Below are positions 39,757 through 52,418 of a stretch of DNA of 64,000 nt, piece after piece. Made by a program: the position numbers and the translations under genes. The notes below the pieces were generated by a model that did not search any database, had not been told where the DNA came from, and worked only from the letters and a program-made list of their open reading frames with translations. Origin of the DNA: Octopus sinensis (taxonomy: Eukaryota); NCBI RefSeq assembly GCF_006345805.1, contig NC_042999.1, forward strand, positions 108,500,001 to 108,564,000. The letters run 5' to 3'. Position 1 is the stretch's first letter. Each line of letters opens with the position of its first letter.

Positions 39757-39900
39757 GTATGGTCAAGAAGTTTGCTTCACAACCACCTAGTTTGGAGTTC
39801 AGTCCCACTGTGTGGCACCTTGGTCAAATATCTCCTGTTATAGCTCAAGTAAACTAAAACCTTGTGAGTGAATTTTGTGGATGGAAACTGAAAGTAGTCT
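39757..39900 (+). mobile_element. SINE family A 5' half
   Basis: tggtcaagaagtttgcttc...gttcagtcccactgtgtggcaccttgg...ggaaactgaaag. Confidence 0.75.
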
Positions 39901-40911
39901 CTGTGTTTGTGTACATGTGTGTGTTTGTTTGTGTGTGTGTGTGCGCGCGCATGCTTCTGTGTCTATAAAAGTAAAACATATTTATGTAACTTTCAAGTAA
40001 CGGTGTGTTATGTTAAATTTGTTTCCAAACAAATTTCAGACATTTGCATAATGTTTGGTACAATTATTTTTTTCTTTTAATTAAATTCATATTTTTATTC
40101 ATAGGCTCTCAGCTGTAAAATCGTTTCCTATTTTTTTACTTTTTAATATAAAGACACTGAGACAAATAGTTTTACGTTTTGCTAAGGAGGAAACTTGAAT
40201 TATTATCAAATTATTAAGTAACTTGCATTTTATTCTTTTGACCTCCCTTTTCATTGATGAAAATTAGAATATACAAAATTTATTTAGCATTAGGCCTGTT
40301 TATTTTTCATAGCAGTATGCAATGATGCATTAAATAATCAGTATGAGGAGCAAAAAACTGAAGCCTGAGGAAACTAGTGATGTTTTATTGCAGCAGAGAG
40401 AAAGAAAGAGAGAGAGAAGTTGATAAAATTTGTAAAATAATATGTTATTAAAGAATGTAGGTTTATGTTCTATGAGGTGAGGTGACCTTTGTAGGAGGCC
40501 CTTTTTGAAACGAACCAGTGGAAAATTGCAATAAACTATATGCTTCAAGGAAGTGAGATCGTTTTACTTCTTATGTTTTATGCATGTTTTTTTCCATGCT
40601 AGTGTGGGTTAGAGGAATATGCTATAGAAGCATTGCTTTACTGCTGCTGGATGCCATTTCTTACCTGTTTGTCAAGTAAGGGATCTCTTATTCTACATTG
40701 CTTCAAAGACACAGAATGGGCCAATAAGTTATTGACAGAAGTGCCAACAACACAACTCAATATTGTTAACTTTGAAAAAAGTGAACACAGATGTAAACAC
40801 ATATACATGTGTAAACACACATTTGCATATACATACATATGTATGCATTCATATACACACTTGCGCATACACATACATGCATTGTGTTACATTACATTGT
40901 ATACATTCATA

Positions 40912-41075
40912 TGACAAGGTTCTTTTCAGCTTCTTTTGACCAAATTTATTCACATGGTTTTTATTCACAAGCTAGGGTTATATGAGAAGACACTTGTCTG
41001 TGGTGCCATGAAATGGGACTGAACTCAAAACGACAAAGATGAGAAGCAAGCTTCTTAAACCACATGGCCATGTCT
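40912..41075 (-). mobile_element. SINE family A 5' half
   Basis: gaagacacttgtc...gggactgaac...gcaagcttcttaaaccacatggccatg. Confidence 0.75.
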
Positions 41076-43548
41076 TACATTCATATGTGGGACAAATTTG
41101 CAATGTTGTTATGACAAGATAGAAAGATGTTTTTATATTATTGAATATAAGTGTACATAAGCAGTGAATTATGTTTGACATGTCATTAAATAGCTTACAT
41201 TGAAATAATATTATGCTATTTCTGTGGTATGTAACTGGAACTTAAAAACTACATTAAACTAAGAAAAAGCTCAGCTCTTGGCAACATTGATTCTGAATGT
41301 AAATGAGAAGAGATGGAACAATATAACAATGTGTAATGATTTAAAACTTATGAAATATGCTGAAAGATAGCCATACTACAATAAAGACAAGCAAAATATT
41401 CCCTTGAGGGTATATTTATGGATATATTTAAAGTAAAAGCCTAAAAATTATTTCCTAAGGCTTATGCATATTGTTCACTTAAAAGGAACCTAAATTCTTG
41501 ACAGTTTAGCAATTTCTCTAATCTGATGCCATTAAAGAAAGATTTGAGGCCTTCATTGTAAGCTTATTTCATTTTTACTTATGCAATCATTAAAAAGAAA
41601 TAAACATTTGCTTAAGTAAATACATTAGCCAACCATTTTCATCAGGAAAGCAAAAACAAAATGTTCATCTGTTGGTAACAATTTATGCTTGTCACCTGGT
41701 AGCTTTTTCATAATGTTTTCCATTTCTGTTAATCATTCTGAATTGTGTATTATTTGATTAATGAAGCTGAATTATCTAGAACTGTAAAACTCATTGCCCA
41801 TTATTATCAATTTAATAATCTTTTCATAAATCTATCCTGTCCTTCAATTATTTATGCAGCTGAATATGGTTAATGAATGATTTATTCCTATTAAATCTCT
41901 TTTTTCTAAAAGTAGATAATGCTTGCACATATTTCATTTGCATTCAGAGCATATTCTTTATTCTTGTTCTTATTAGTGTGATAGATAATGAAATATCACC
42001 ACTTAGTCATTATGTTCATCTCATTTAGTAGATTTTCATCATAAATTCTTTCAATATAGCTTTAAAAAAAATCTATATTTTTTGAATAACTTAAATCGCT
42101 TACTGTATATTTTTGTGAAGAAGCCATTGTACTAACATTCTATACTCATAATATACAAGACTATTCCTGTAAACCTTCTGCACAGATTTACTTTTTCTCA
42201 TACATAATCTATTCTGAGAATCAACCCCCTCTAGCATTTTCATTGTAACTGCATCCAATTCTTCAAGCTTCATGTTAACTTATGTAATCTAAAATATACA
42301 ATCTTTCTCAAATTAACTGAGAAAAGCCTGTGAGCTATAGCCACCCACTTAAACATAACAATTAAAAACATTAGCCATGTCTAATTAACACTCATGCCAT
42401 GTTATACCAGGAATTTTGCAAGTTGGACATAATGAGAATTCTTTTTCGTTTCAATTAAAGTTAAACAGATAAACCACATTTTTTGTTTGTTTTTGGTGGA
42501 GGGGTTGTTTAGTGATTTACCAGATTATATGATGATGTAATAGCATTGTAGTCATATAATTCTTAATATAACTGTATATATTTTACTATTAAGACAGTGA
42601 TCAAGGACTGAATATCCTTATTTAATATATGTTTGATACAGTTTTTTGACTATATCAAATAAATTATCAAATTAGTAGAAGGTATACTTAGCTCATTTAA
42701 GGAATTCCCAAATGTGAGATGTTGAGTGCAGGCTTCATTGCACTTAAATTCACACTTTAATATTTCAGTTTCCTTTTCCTTAATTAAGAAACTTTAATTC
42801 TAATTTGCCTTCAAAGTCAGACCTGCTAAATTAGTAAATTATTCTGTATATTTAATTAAAGTTACTATTTTTACCAACAGATGGCCACATTTATTGCACG
42901 TGAAAATGTTGCTAGTTTAAGCAGAAAGTGATTCATAGTTCCCAGCCTTTAATAAAACTCATGACAGTGAGGCTTTGTGTCTGCTTGAAAGAAAACCATT
43001 ATGGCATATTTTTTCCCATTTTTTTTTAGTTTCATTTTATCTTTTAATATAAAGAAATTTAATGTAATAATATGATAGGAGATGCATGGTCATCAAGTAA
43101 GTTTCAATAGATTGGCCAAAACATATAAAGTCTTTGTTCTAAGCACACAAGAAGCAAAAGAAAGACATGGTAATATCCTTGGATACTATCTGCTCTATAT
43201 TTGAATCCTAAGGATGTAAAAAAGCATTACAGTGTAAAGGATGTGTTTTATGTAGAATGCTTATGAGCATTTTTACATATATGTAAACCCCTACTCTCTG
43301 CAGAATTGTTCCCACTATTTGTATAGCAATATAGAATATACAAAGCATCCCAAAGCTATCATTTGTGATTTTATACGACTTGTTCATATAAAGAGTATTA
43401 CTGCATGTTGTGTATGTTAGGCTTACAAAGAGTAGTGTTCTGTGGTTTTGAAAACAATGTGTATCTTGCTATTGTTCACTATAACTATATTGTCTACATT
43501 TCATCTTTATATCTTTTAAATATTTCCTCTTATAAAGGATTTACTCAC

Positions 43549-43664
43549 CAAATGACTAGTATCAATGGTGTCTAATGAATGGAAAGTGCAATAAACAAGC
43601 TCTGTGATATTGCACTGCATCAGTGTTGTAGTTTGATTGGTCACATTGTAATTAAAAATTCTGT
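43549..43664 (-). CDS. Candidate 116-nt exon (RIFNYNVTNQTTTLMQCNITELVYCTFHSLDTIDTSHL)
   Basis: Perfect gtgagt donor, 38 open codons; acceptor (aatgtag or gtagacag) is weak. Confidence 0.25.
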
Positions 43665-44849
43665 CTACATTGTCTTAAAATTCTTCACTTATGATTATGA
43701 TAGTAATTTTTCACATAAAAATCATCACCTTTGGTCAAGCTTGCTTAGAATTGCATGAACCTGATCCTCAGCCCATCTCTTTCTTCCATTGCATGTGATT
43801 GATCCTCTAGATTTTATCATTTGTTTATAGACAGTTATGTTTTTTCAGAACCATCAATGTGATTTCAAAGTGTCGCTAATCAGTTCCTCCTTAGCAGTAT
43901 CCAGAAAAGTGGACTTTTTTTCTCTAATGGTGTCTGTATTTTAGGAAGCTTTTTGTATAATATTTCTGTTTGGAAGCTCAATAAAACCAGTAAATCCTAT
44001 GACATACTATGGAGTCAACATAGCATCTACAGAGAAAAATATTAAGCTTTGTATCAGCAGCATATGGACAGTAATTAAATGTCTCAATGCAATTATAGAA
44101 ATCACATCTCAGTGAAATCGAGAGGGGAACATTTTCCATGCAGTGTTTAAATTTGCTACTTTGAGACTCTTATATTTGGGCCATAAGAAAAATACCTACA
44201 ACTATGCTGGATCACACTCACACACACATACACACATGCATGCACACGTACACTTTGGGTGTCATAAAGTAATGTCTTACCAATTTTTCTAAAACACTTG
44301 TGCAGAAACTTAAGTCTAACAGAGTAAGAGATGAATTTGTATTCAACTCCTGAAGCTTCATAGAATGAACCGTTTCATAAATCTAATGAAATACACTGTC
44401 CTTGTGTTTTAAATTAATTTTAAGATAATTAAGGATTTGAAGGCCTTTAGTAAATAGCTTACTGTTGTTATTATCAACTTGATGTGGTTTGGCAGAAAAA
44501 TAAGAATCATCAGGCAAAATACCACGAAGGAAGTCTCCCAGCCTTACAGAGTCGAGAAAATAAAGTGCCAGTCAAGTACTGGAATTGATTTAAATTAACT
44601 GCTGATTTTGCATAGTACTGCGGGATCAAGATTCTCACTCAAATGTGGGACTGTAACAGGTTAAGTGGCATATCATTTAAATTACACAGCTACCACATCA
44701 ATATTATTGATCTAGGGTATGTTATATTGCTGCTAACACAAAACATGCATATATACACATACATGCTACCTTTCATTCTTACACTTTCTAAAAAAAACAA
44801 TGTGGACTCCATTTTTCTTTTTAAATACAAAAGAAAGAATTAAGTTAGT

Positions 44850-45000
44850 GATCGAAACATAACTTTACAAAATGGTCTTAGACAAAATTATGATGGGAGG
44901 CTTTTAATTTAAATATGAACACTTTAAATCAAGAGGATTTGTATCATAGAACAAGAGATGGTCTTAGGCAGGTTGCTATCAAAAGTTGAGGAGTTTAAAT
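44850..45000. mobile_element. Partial piggyBac-like MITE, same family as 55235 and 63541
   Basis: tttgtatcatagaacaagagatggtcttaggcaggttgctatcaaaag similar to 63705-63755. Confidence 0.5.
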
Positions 45001-46040
45001 GTCTTTATTCTTTTAATTAATGGTTTTTCCATATCGTTCAGTTATTTGCCACATTTTTTCTGTTCATTTAAAAAATTTCTTTTCTTTTTTTTTAAATTTT
45101 CACAGCTTGAAAATAAAACAAAATATCAGTAAAATGTGCAAATATAAAATTATGAAATACCCTATTAGTGTGAGTGGTTGACCGTTAATTTCAATGGAAG
45201 CTGTCAGAGTACATTGTTAAATCCTTCACTCAAAATCTTAATTCCTTTAAGCCAAAGTTATCCACCATTGCCAGACTTTCAAGAAATTACATTCTTCCTT
45301 ATTTATACTGGTTTCACTCATTGGACTATCACAAATCTGGGACACAGTCTTCTAGAATACAGTTGATTAAATGGACCACAGTATGGATTTTATCAATTAG
45401 TACTTATTTTATCCAGTAGTCCTTATTTTATCAATTAGTATTTATTTTATCAACTCAGAAAAATCAAAGGCAAAGTGGATCTGCATGGGATCTGAACTCA
45501 GAACATAAACGATGGTACCAAATACCACAAAAAAAACTTATCTGACCATTTCAGATCTAGGGCATCAAGTGTGTACATTTTATATATCATTACTACAAAA
45601 TGCTTAAAATCTGCTAATTTTCCAGGGGAGTACTAATGACTATAATGCATTCTCATTATATTGAATATCGTCTATAATATCCTGTATTTTTTTTTTTTAA
45701 TCGAAATCAATTAGATTTTGCTTTCAACCTGCCTGAAGTATTGATTTAGTTGATGATTTTTCATGTTTCTGAAGCAATTTACACATGGGTTTATGTATTT
45801 TCCAATAAACTAGTATGATAAATAGTGCACTTTATTAAGGTTGACTACATTAGACAATATCGATAGATTTATTGTGATGAAAGAAGTCATACTTGTATCT
45901 TTAAGCATTTATTGATGTAACAGTTTATATCTGGGAGTTTCTATTGGAGTATCTTCATCAGTAGTCATGACAACCATAAGTATTCCGCTTGATGAAACTT
46001 GTAGTTAGTTGAGCTGTAATGAACTCAGCGTTTTTTGTAG

Positions 46041-46174
46041 CGGATACACTACTGGCAAAACTTTTATTCTGTAATGAAGCTGTAAATGTCAGCAATTTTC
46101 TTTCCCAAAGATTATTGAGTAAAACCTTAATAATCTGGTGTTTAACTGAAGAGACATCAACTCACCTGATATCG
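46041..46174 (+). CDS. Candidate 134-nt exon (DTLLAKLLFCNEAVNVSNFLSQRLLSKTLIIWCLTEETSTHLIS)
   Basis: ttttttgtag acceptor, tcg|gtatgt donor, 44 open codons, phase 1 to 0. Confidence 0.3.
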
Positions 46175-46267
46175 GTATGTTTTATATAATGTACTTTAAT
46201 ATGTGCTGCTAACATTTAGTTATATAATATGTTTATATTAGTAAAACAATTTATTTTCCCTCTGTTT

Positions 46268-46330
<63 letters not shown>
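46268..46330. repeat. (TA)n microsatellite
   Basis: About 30 TA units. Confidence 0.97.
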
Positions 46331-46333
<3 letters not shown>

Positions 46334-46864
46334 TAAACTTATTCTCTGATTCTATGATTTTTCTAGTTATTCTGAAATTTTGTTTATTCTCTGTGTCATA
46401 TTTTTATCAGTAAATGTATTTTGTTTAACGGAGTAGCTAAAGTTCTGTAGACTAATAATTACTTACCTTTCTTTCATCTTATATGCACACACACACTCAC
46501 ACACATGTATATTTTTTAAGGTGAACAAAAGGTTCAGGAATTCAACCCCATTTTGAATAATTATATAACAGGGACCAAAACGTAGATAATGACAAAACTC
46601 AGAATTAGTTGTTTGTTTAATATAACCTTGACTATATCTTCTATATCCTGTCTCAAGATTATATATCTACTCTTAATTTGAAAGGTTTTAATGTACTAGT
46701 ATGTTAGTGTTCTTCATTTCTCTAACATGATGTTTAAAAGAAAATTAATTTTCAAGAAGAATTTTTTAAATAGTCAGTGCTTAAGTTTTGTGTGGTGGAA
46801 GTTCCTTGTAAGATGGTATTTTTCTCACAAATAGTATGTATTCTTTCATTATTTTTGTTAGCCA

Positions 46865-47695
46865 CCTGATAACCTATCAATCAAGTGACTGTTAGCCAGA
46901 TCGATTTCATTCTCACCAAACAGTGGGATGCATGGTTGCTCTTAAATACAAAGACCCTCCTTGGTGAAGAATGTACCCCCCAACATAGACTAGTTATTAG
47001 TGACTTTAGACTTGAGGCCAGAAGGATGCCAAAAACCAGACCAATCTGGAAAAGAAGGACTTGAGAGCTTAGGAACCCTTCACATGGTCAGAGATTTAAG
47101 ATATCCTTACCGAGAAATTTGGTAGAGAAGAGGTGCTACAGTCCTGTGGCATGGAAGACAGCTGAAAATTCCTGCGAGACAGCTTGCTGAGTGCCACAGA
47201 CCAAATCTGTGGCTGGTGCAAAGTCCCTTCCGGACCTAGGGTAACATGGTGGTGAAACAATACTGTAGACAGGGCCATTAGAGCAAAGAAACAGACTTGG
47301 AATGCCTGGAAGAGTGGGGGTAGCAGTAAAATTATCAGATAGCCAAAAGGGAAGCTAAGAGACAGGTATATCTAGCCAAGAGAGTAGCAGAAAAGAAGTA
47401 GTTTGCCAATGTTCACCGATGTGAGGACCAAAGAACTGAAGTATTTCCGATTGCAAGACAGTATGTGAGAGAAAATCATGATATCACAGGAGAGAAATGT
47501 ACCTGCATGGATGATAGTACCCTTCATTTAATGATTCTGCAAAGAAAGAGGCTTGGAGATGCTATTATGAAAGACTGTTGAATGTGGAGAATGAATGGGA
47601 GCAGGAGAGTCTGCCAAAGGTTGACCCAATTGAGGGGCCAGCTATCCAAATCGACAGTACCCAGGTAGATCAAGCAATTAAGGATATAAAGACAG
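46865..47695 (+). mobile_element. RTE LINE ORF2 fragment (end of APE endonuclease to pre-RT linker)
   Basis: LITYQS..SQIDFILTK...GEECTP.HRLVISDFRL...KEAWRCYYERLLNVENEWEQESLPKVDPIEGPAIQID, with stops and frameshifts. Confidence 0.85.
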
Positions 47696-47789
47696 AGTTA
47701 ATCGACGATGATGATATTTAGTTGGAAGTTATTATGAATTTGTAGAAACCAATAATAAAGGGGTTCTTCCAGAAAATGTGTCATGATCA

Positions 47790-49545
47790 AAATTCAATCT
47801 CAACATCAACATTAAATTTATCATCAGCCTCATTTTCATTACCTTCTCTCAATTACATTATTGTGTTTCAGTTTTATCATCATCAACTTCAATTTCATCA
47901 TTGTTAACTTAAGTGTCGTCACTGTAAGATGTAGCCGTTTTTTGTTTTGTTTTTTTTTCTAATGAGCAGACATTGACATTAGTAATTACTTGTCACAAAA
48001 TTGTGAAAGAATGTTAATATTAAAATGCTTTTGTTAAGATTACAATTTTTATATAATAAAGATTGTTGCATCATACGTTACCATAAATACACATACATTT
48101 ACCTTAGATGTAAAACTACATACCATACTATATCCATGTATAACATGACATAGACAAATAGCATTTAACCTTTTTATTTATTGTTTCCATTTTAAAAAAT
48201 TCTTTTGACATATTCCTAAAATTTCTAGCACAATCATCTTTGGTAATCAGAGCCAACTCAGTATCATCAATATATTTAGCTTAACAATATTCTTTACTTC
48301 ACAAGTCCTTAGGTAATTCTTTCATTTACTAAGCATATTTTCAATGGAGGTGAACTGGAGTGTTTATGGACGTAAGAATCATACTTCAGAGTATTTTGAA
48401 GTAATTAACTTTAAAACATCTCTGTTTTTATGAAAAAGAATGTTGTCCAAAATCAATGTACACTTCTAGCATTTTTCATTGATCCTATCAAGAAATATCA
48501 ATAAAATCATAAAAGTTAAAGTAGTTGAAGGCATCACTTCTCTGTTTATTGTATATTTCCCCATTTCTGTTCGCTATATATTTTGGAAATGCACTCAAAA
48601 GGTTGTCCAGTTTTTGCTCTATCATATTTAGATCTTGTGCAAATGTTGAACCTAGCTTCATCGTTAAGAAAAAAAAAAACTCTCCTCTCAGATTTCCTAT
48701 CAAAAGAACGTGAAATTCTCTGGCATAACTTTTTCTCTACACTTCTTGAATGTGTAATGGAGACTTTTAACACATTATCAGCAATCATTTTTGACAACTT
48801 CACATTAAATTGCTCAAAATCTGTTGGACAACATTTTAAAATATACATAGAATTTTTCGTTGACTGAGATTTGTAGAAAATTTTAAATTTTTTCCAAAAT
48901 TTTAGTGTCTCAAAAAAAAACCTCCTTGATTCGTTTTTCGATTTGGTTTGCAAGATTTTTATATGAGTTCATGTGTTGAAACATATTCTGTTTTGTCTGG
49001 GGAGAGTCATTTTCTTTTTGTGCCTTATAATGTAACACACTCACTGGTAAAATTTCCACTTATTTCTAATTTTTATTTTCCTATAAAAATAAGAAATAAG
49101 TGGAAATTTTTACCGGTGAGTGTGTTACATTATAAGGCACAAAAAGAAAATGACTCTCCCCAGACACAACAGAACCTCCTTGATTCTTTTGTTTGAAACA
49201 ACCTTTCTGTTTGTATATTTGAATAGTAGTTTCAACACTTGTCTGAGGATCTAGTACAGAGCTAATTTCAGTTACAGTGCAACCTTTGTCATAATTAGAC
49301 CCAATTATTCTTCTAACTTCATTTGAAATTCTCTTCCTCTGGTTGACCATGATGGGGGATGAACAATACCACTAATAAACATTAAATTTAAGTTGATATA
49401 AATGAAATTAGAGTTAATGGTGAAATCAGAGTTGATGATAACTAAATTGAGATAGATGACAACATAATTAAGACTGAAGATAACAGAATTGAGGCTAATG
49501 ATGACGAATTTGAGGTTGGCAGTGATGAATTTTAGTGGGAAACTC
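47790..49545 (-). mobile_element. Decayed IS630-like / Tc1-mariner DD34E transposon with long degenerate TIRs
   Basis: MVNQRKRISNEVRRII (HTH-like start), FLNDEARFNI (D1), ILDNILFHKN...FLRP*TLQFTSIENMLSK*K with 34 codons between D (48445-47) and E (48340-42); 47790-47915 is inverted-similar to 49375-49545. Confidence 0.8.
48986..49174. repeat. Near-perfect 189-bp palindrome (about 90-bp arms, 6-nt loop)
   Basis: ttctgttttgtctggggagagtcatt...atttttat|tttcct|ataaaaat...aatgactctccccagacacaacagaa. Confidence 0.95.
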
Positions 49546-50379
49546 AATGAGTTACAGAAACTAAAGAGAAATTCCCAGGTCTTACATTTACATCTGAATT
49601 CTATAATGATTATAACATTTCATATTGATGGTTACATGATTAACTGAGACCTTATACATTATTACATCTAATATAAATTTGTCTGATTATAAGACATGAT
49701 ATGATAGTAACCCAGTGAATTAATTTTTATATCCGTTTGTCATCGCTTATAAACCCTCTGAATAATATCTGTTCTAATTATCTTTAGGAGTGTCTGGAAA
49801 AATTATGAATATATTACAATAAGTTGTTTGAATATTATTATAGAGATAATTGAATTTTCATGCATATAATAATTTACAAGATCTTATGTTAGTCATTATT
49901 ATCAGGACGATAAAATTCATTGCTACTGGTATTACATTACAATGAATGGCTCAATAACCAAAATAGAATATCACAAATTTAAAGTGATACTTAATGTTTG
50001 AAAAGTTTCATCTTTTGGTATGTAAACAAAATCCTAAAAGAGAGTATTTTTAGAAATTTTGAAAAAGATTATTACCATTAACTGACAAGTATGATTCTAA
50101 TCATTCATACATAGAACCACATTTTCTTTTGTTAACATTATATTAAGCTTTTTGGTATACTCCATATAATAAGTAATTCAGAGTAACTGCTTTTTTATTA
50201 ATTTTGCTTGTTACAAGCAAAATGAAGGACCAGAGCCCATAACCTTTGTAAGTCCCTAAATGTAAGTGAGACTGATGCATTAAAAATTTCTATATGAACT
50301 GAGATATATTTTCACCAAATATTCAAAGCTTTATATCTTCTTGTATGAAGAAAAGAAATACTCCCAAACCATATATCCT

Positions 50380-50590
50380 TTTCTACTCTAGGTACAAGGC
50401 CCGAAATTTTGGGGGAGTAGGCCAGTCAATTAGATCGACCTCAGTATGCAACTGGTACTTAATCTATTGACTCCAAAAGATGAAAGGCAAAGTTGACCTC
50501 AGCAGAATTTGAACTCAGAACATAAAGATAGACGATATACTGCTAAGTATTTCGCTCGGTGTACTAACATTTCTGCTAGCTCACCTTCTT
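50380..50590 (-). mobile_element. SINE family B, well preserved
   Basis: ttttctactctaggtacaaggcccgaaat...gatgaaaggcaaagttgacctc...gaatttgaactcagaac...ttctgctagctcacc. Confidence 0.9.
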
Positions 50591-51230
50591 AGTTTCCAAA
50601 CCATATATCGAAATATCAAAATACACCGCATATTTCAATTCATGTAATAGATGAGAGCAGACAGCATTGAGAAATTATGCTACTACAAGACATTAGTTCC
50701 ATAAGTATCATATACTTATAGAAAATAGAATGAAACAAGTCTAAGTTGAGGATTAACTCTGCTTCTGCTCTGTTCTCTATTTGTTGTGTCTGGTTCAAGG
50801 TGATTCAGCCAAGAAATTTTGTATAGCAGTGAAGCTTCAAATGTATGAACAAATCTATTATATATGAATTGAATTTTTTTTTTTTATCTATTTGTACATC
50901 CAAAAGCATATATTGAAATTCATCAATATATACGTTCATTTACTTTGAGCCTGCTAAAATGCATACATGTTTACAAAGTGTAAGCATTTACTTTAAATCT
51001 AAAATAAAGAAAAGAATTGCTTTCTTGGAGTTAAAACAATTTTCAATGCAATCCTTAGATCAAAGCCTTTTAGCTTAACATATTGTGAAAAAAATTAGGA
51101 TCCTGAAGTTTTATTTAGAAGGAAAATATTATTCCTAAAGCTTTTTTTTTTCCTCCCCCATACATATTATCTACATTTGCCTGCTTTAGATTTACTGAAA
51201 TATGTTTCGTATTTGACCTAAAATTTTCAT

Positions 51231-51231
<1 letters not shown>

Positions 51232-51267
<36 letters not shown>
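51232..51267. repeat. (TA)n microsatellite
   Basis: About 18 TA units. Confidence 0.97.
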
Positions 51268-51269
<2 letters not shown>

Positions 51270-51289
51270 GATGAGGTGGTGAAGCATGA

Positions 51290-51910
51290 CCTTTGAATAT
51301 TGGGCCTCACAGAGGCAATGACAGGAGACCGAGACCTTTGGAGATATGCTGTGATTGAAAATACCCAGAAACTAAAGTAAGATCACAACCATGGCCGATG
51401 CTAATGTTGCATGTCCAGCCATTTAAAAGTACCCTTGATGCATCAGGTGATATGATATACTTGAGAAGACCTGTTGAGTCAAGTAAAACCAAAATCGTAG
51501 CTGTGGCCAGTGCCCCCTGACTACCTCCTATGCCAGTGGCAGGTAAAATGCACCATCCAAACATGGTTGATGCCAGGTCCGCCCGACTGGCTCCTGTGTC
51601 AGTGGCATGTAAAAAGCACCATCTAAACATGGCTGATGCCAGTACCCACTGACTGGCTCCTGTGCTGGTGGCACATGAAAAGAACTATCCGAATGTGACG
51701 ATGCCAGGTCCACCTGACTGGCTCCTATGCTGGTGGCATGTAAAAAACACCCACTATACTCTGAGTGGTTGGTGTTAGGAAGGGCATCCAGCTGTAGAAA
51801 CATTGCCAGATCAGATTGGAGCCTGGTGCAGCCACTGGCTTTCCAGACTTCAGTCAAACCGTCCAATCCATGCCAGCATGGAAAACGGATGTTAAATGAT
51901 GATGATGAGG
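51290..51910 (+). mobile_element. SINE family C, long copy with internal 65-66 bp tandem repeats
   Basis: gatgccag...gactggctcct...gtggcatgtaaaa units at about 51503, 51569, 51635 and 51700; RTE-like tail with (TGA)n. Confidence 0.85.
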
Positions 51911-52257
51911 ATATATATATATATATATAATATATTATTCTCACTGCATCACATTTCTCCCAGACATTGATTTAGCTTTTCTTATTGATTCATAAAATTG
52001 TATGACAGAAAAGAACAATGTATATTACCTTGTCTTCCTTTTATATGCCTCTTTTCTCTTTATGCACATTTTTAAAGAATGAATTTCAGCTATGAAAAAT
52101 ACCTTTATAACATTCACTTCTACAAAGTCTTTTTGCAGATTAATGAATCTCGCATACTAATCATCAGATATGGTATATCAAAAATTTTAGCAATGTTCTT
52201 TTTCTTTGTTACACAATTTGGGCAGCTAAAATCAACAAGGAATTCTCTATACAACCA

Positions 52258-52369
52258 TTCGGTCTTCTAGAAATAGCAACCAAATAAGATTGCTTGAAAA
52301 CACTTGCCCAAAGTATCCACAAGGTAGGATTAAACCTGGAACATTGTGACTCTGAAGCAGAAATGCATA

Positions 52370-52418
<49 letters not shown>

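Noticed and set aside
42881-42931. MATFIARENVASLSRK / DGHIYCT (LIM-like) exon
   Set aside because: Weak donors and too short to distinguish from chance.
51503-51760. CRISPR-like spaced repeats
   Set aside because: Units are contiguous diverged 65-bp tandem repeats inside a SINE, with no unique spacers or cas genes, in a eukaryotic context.
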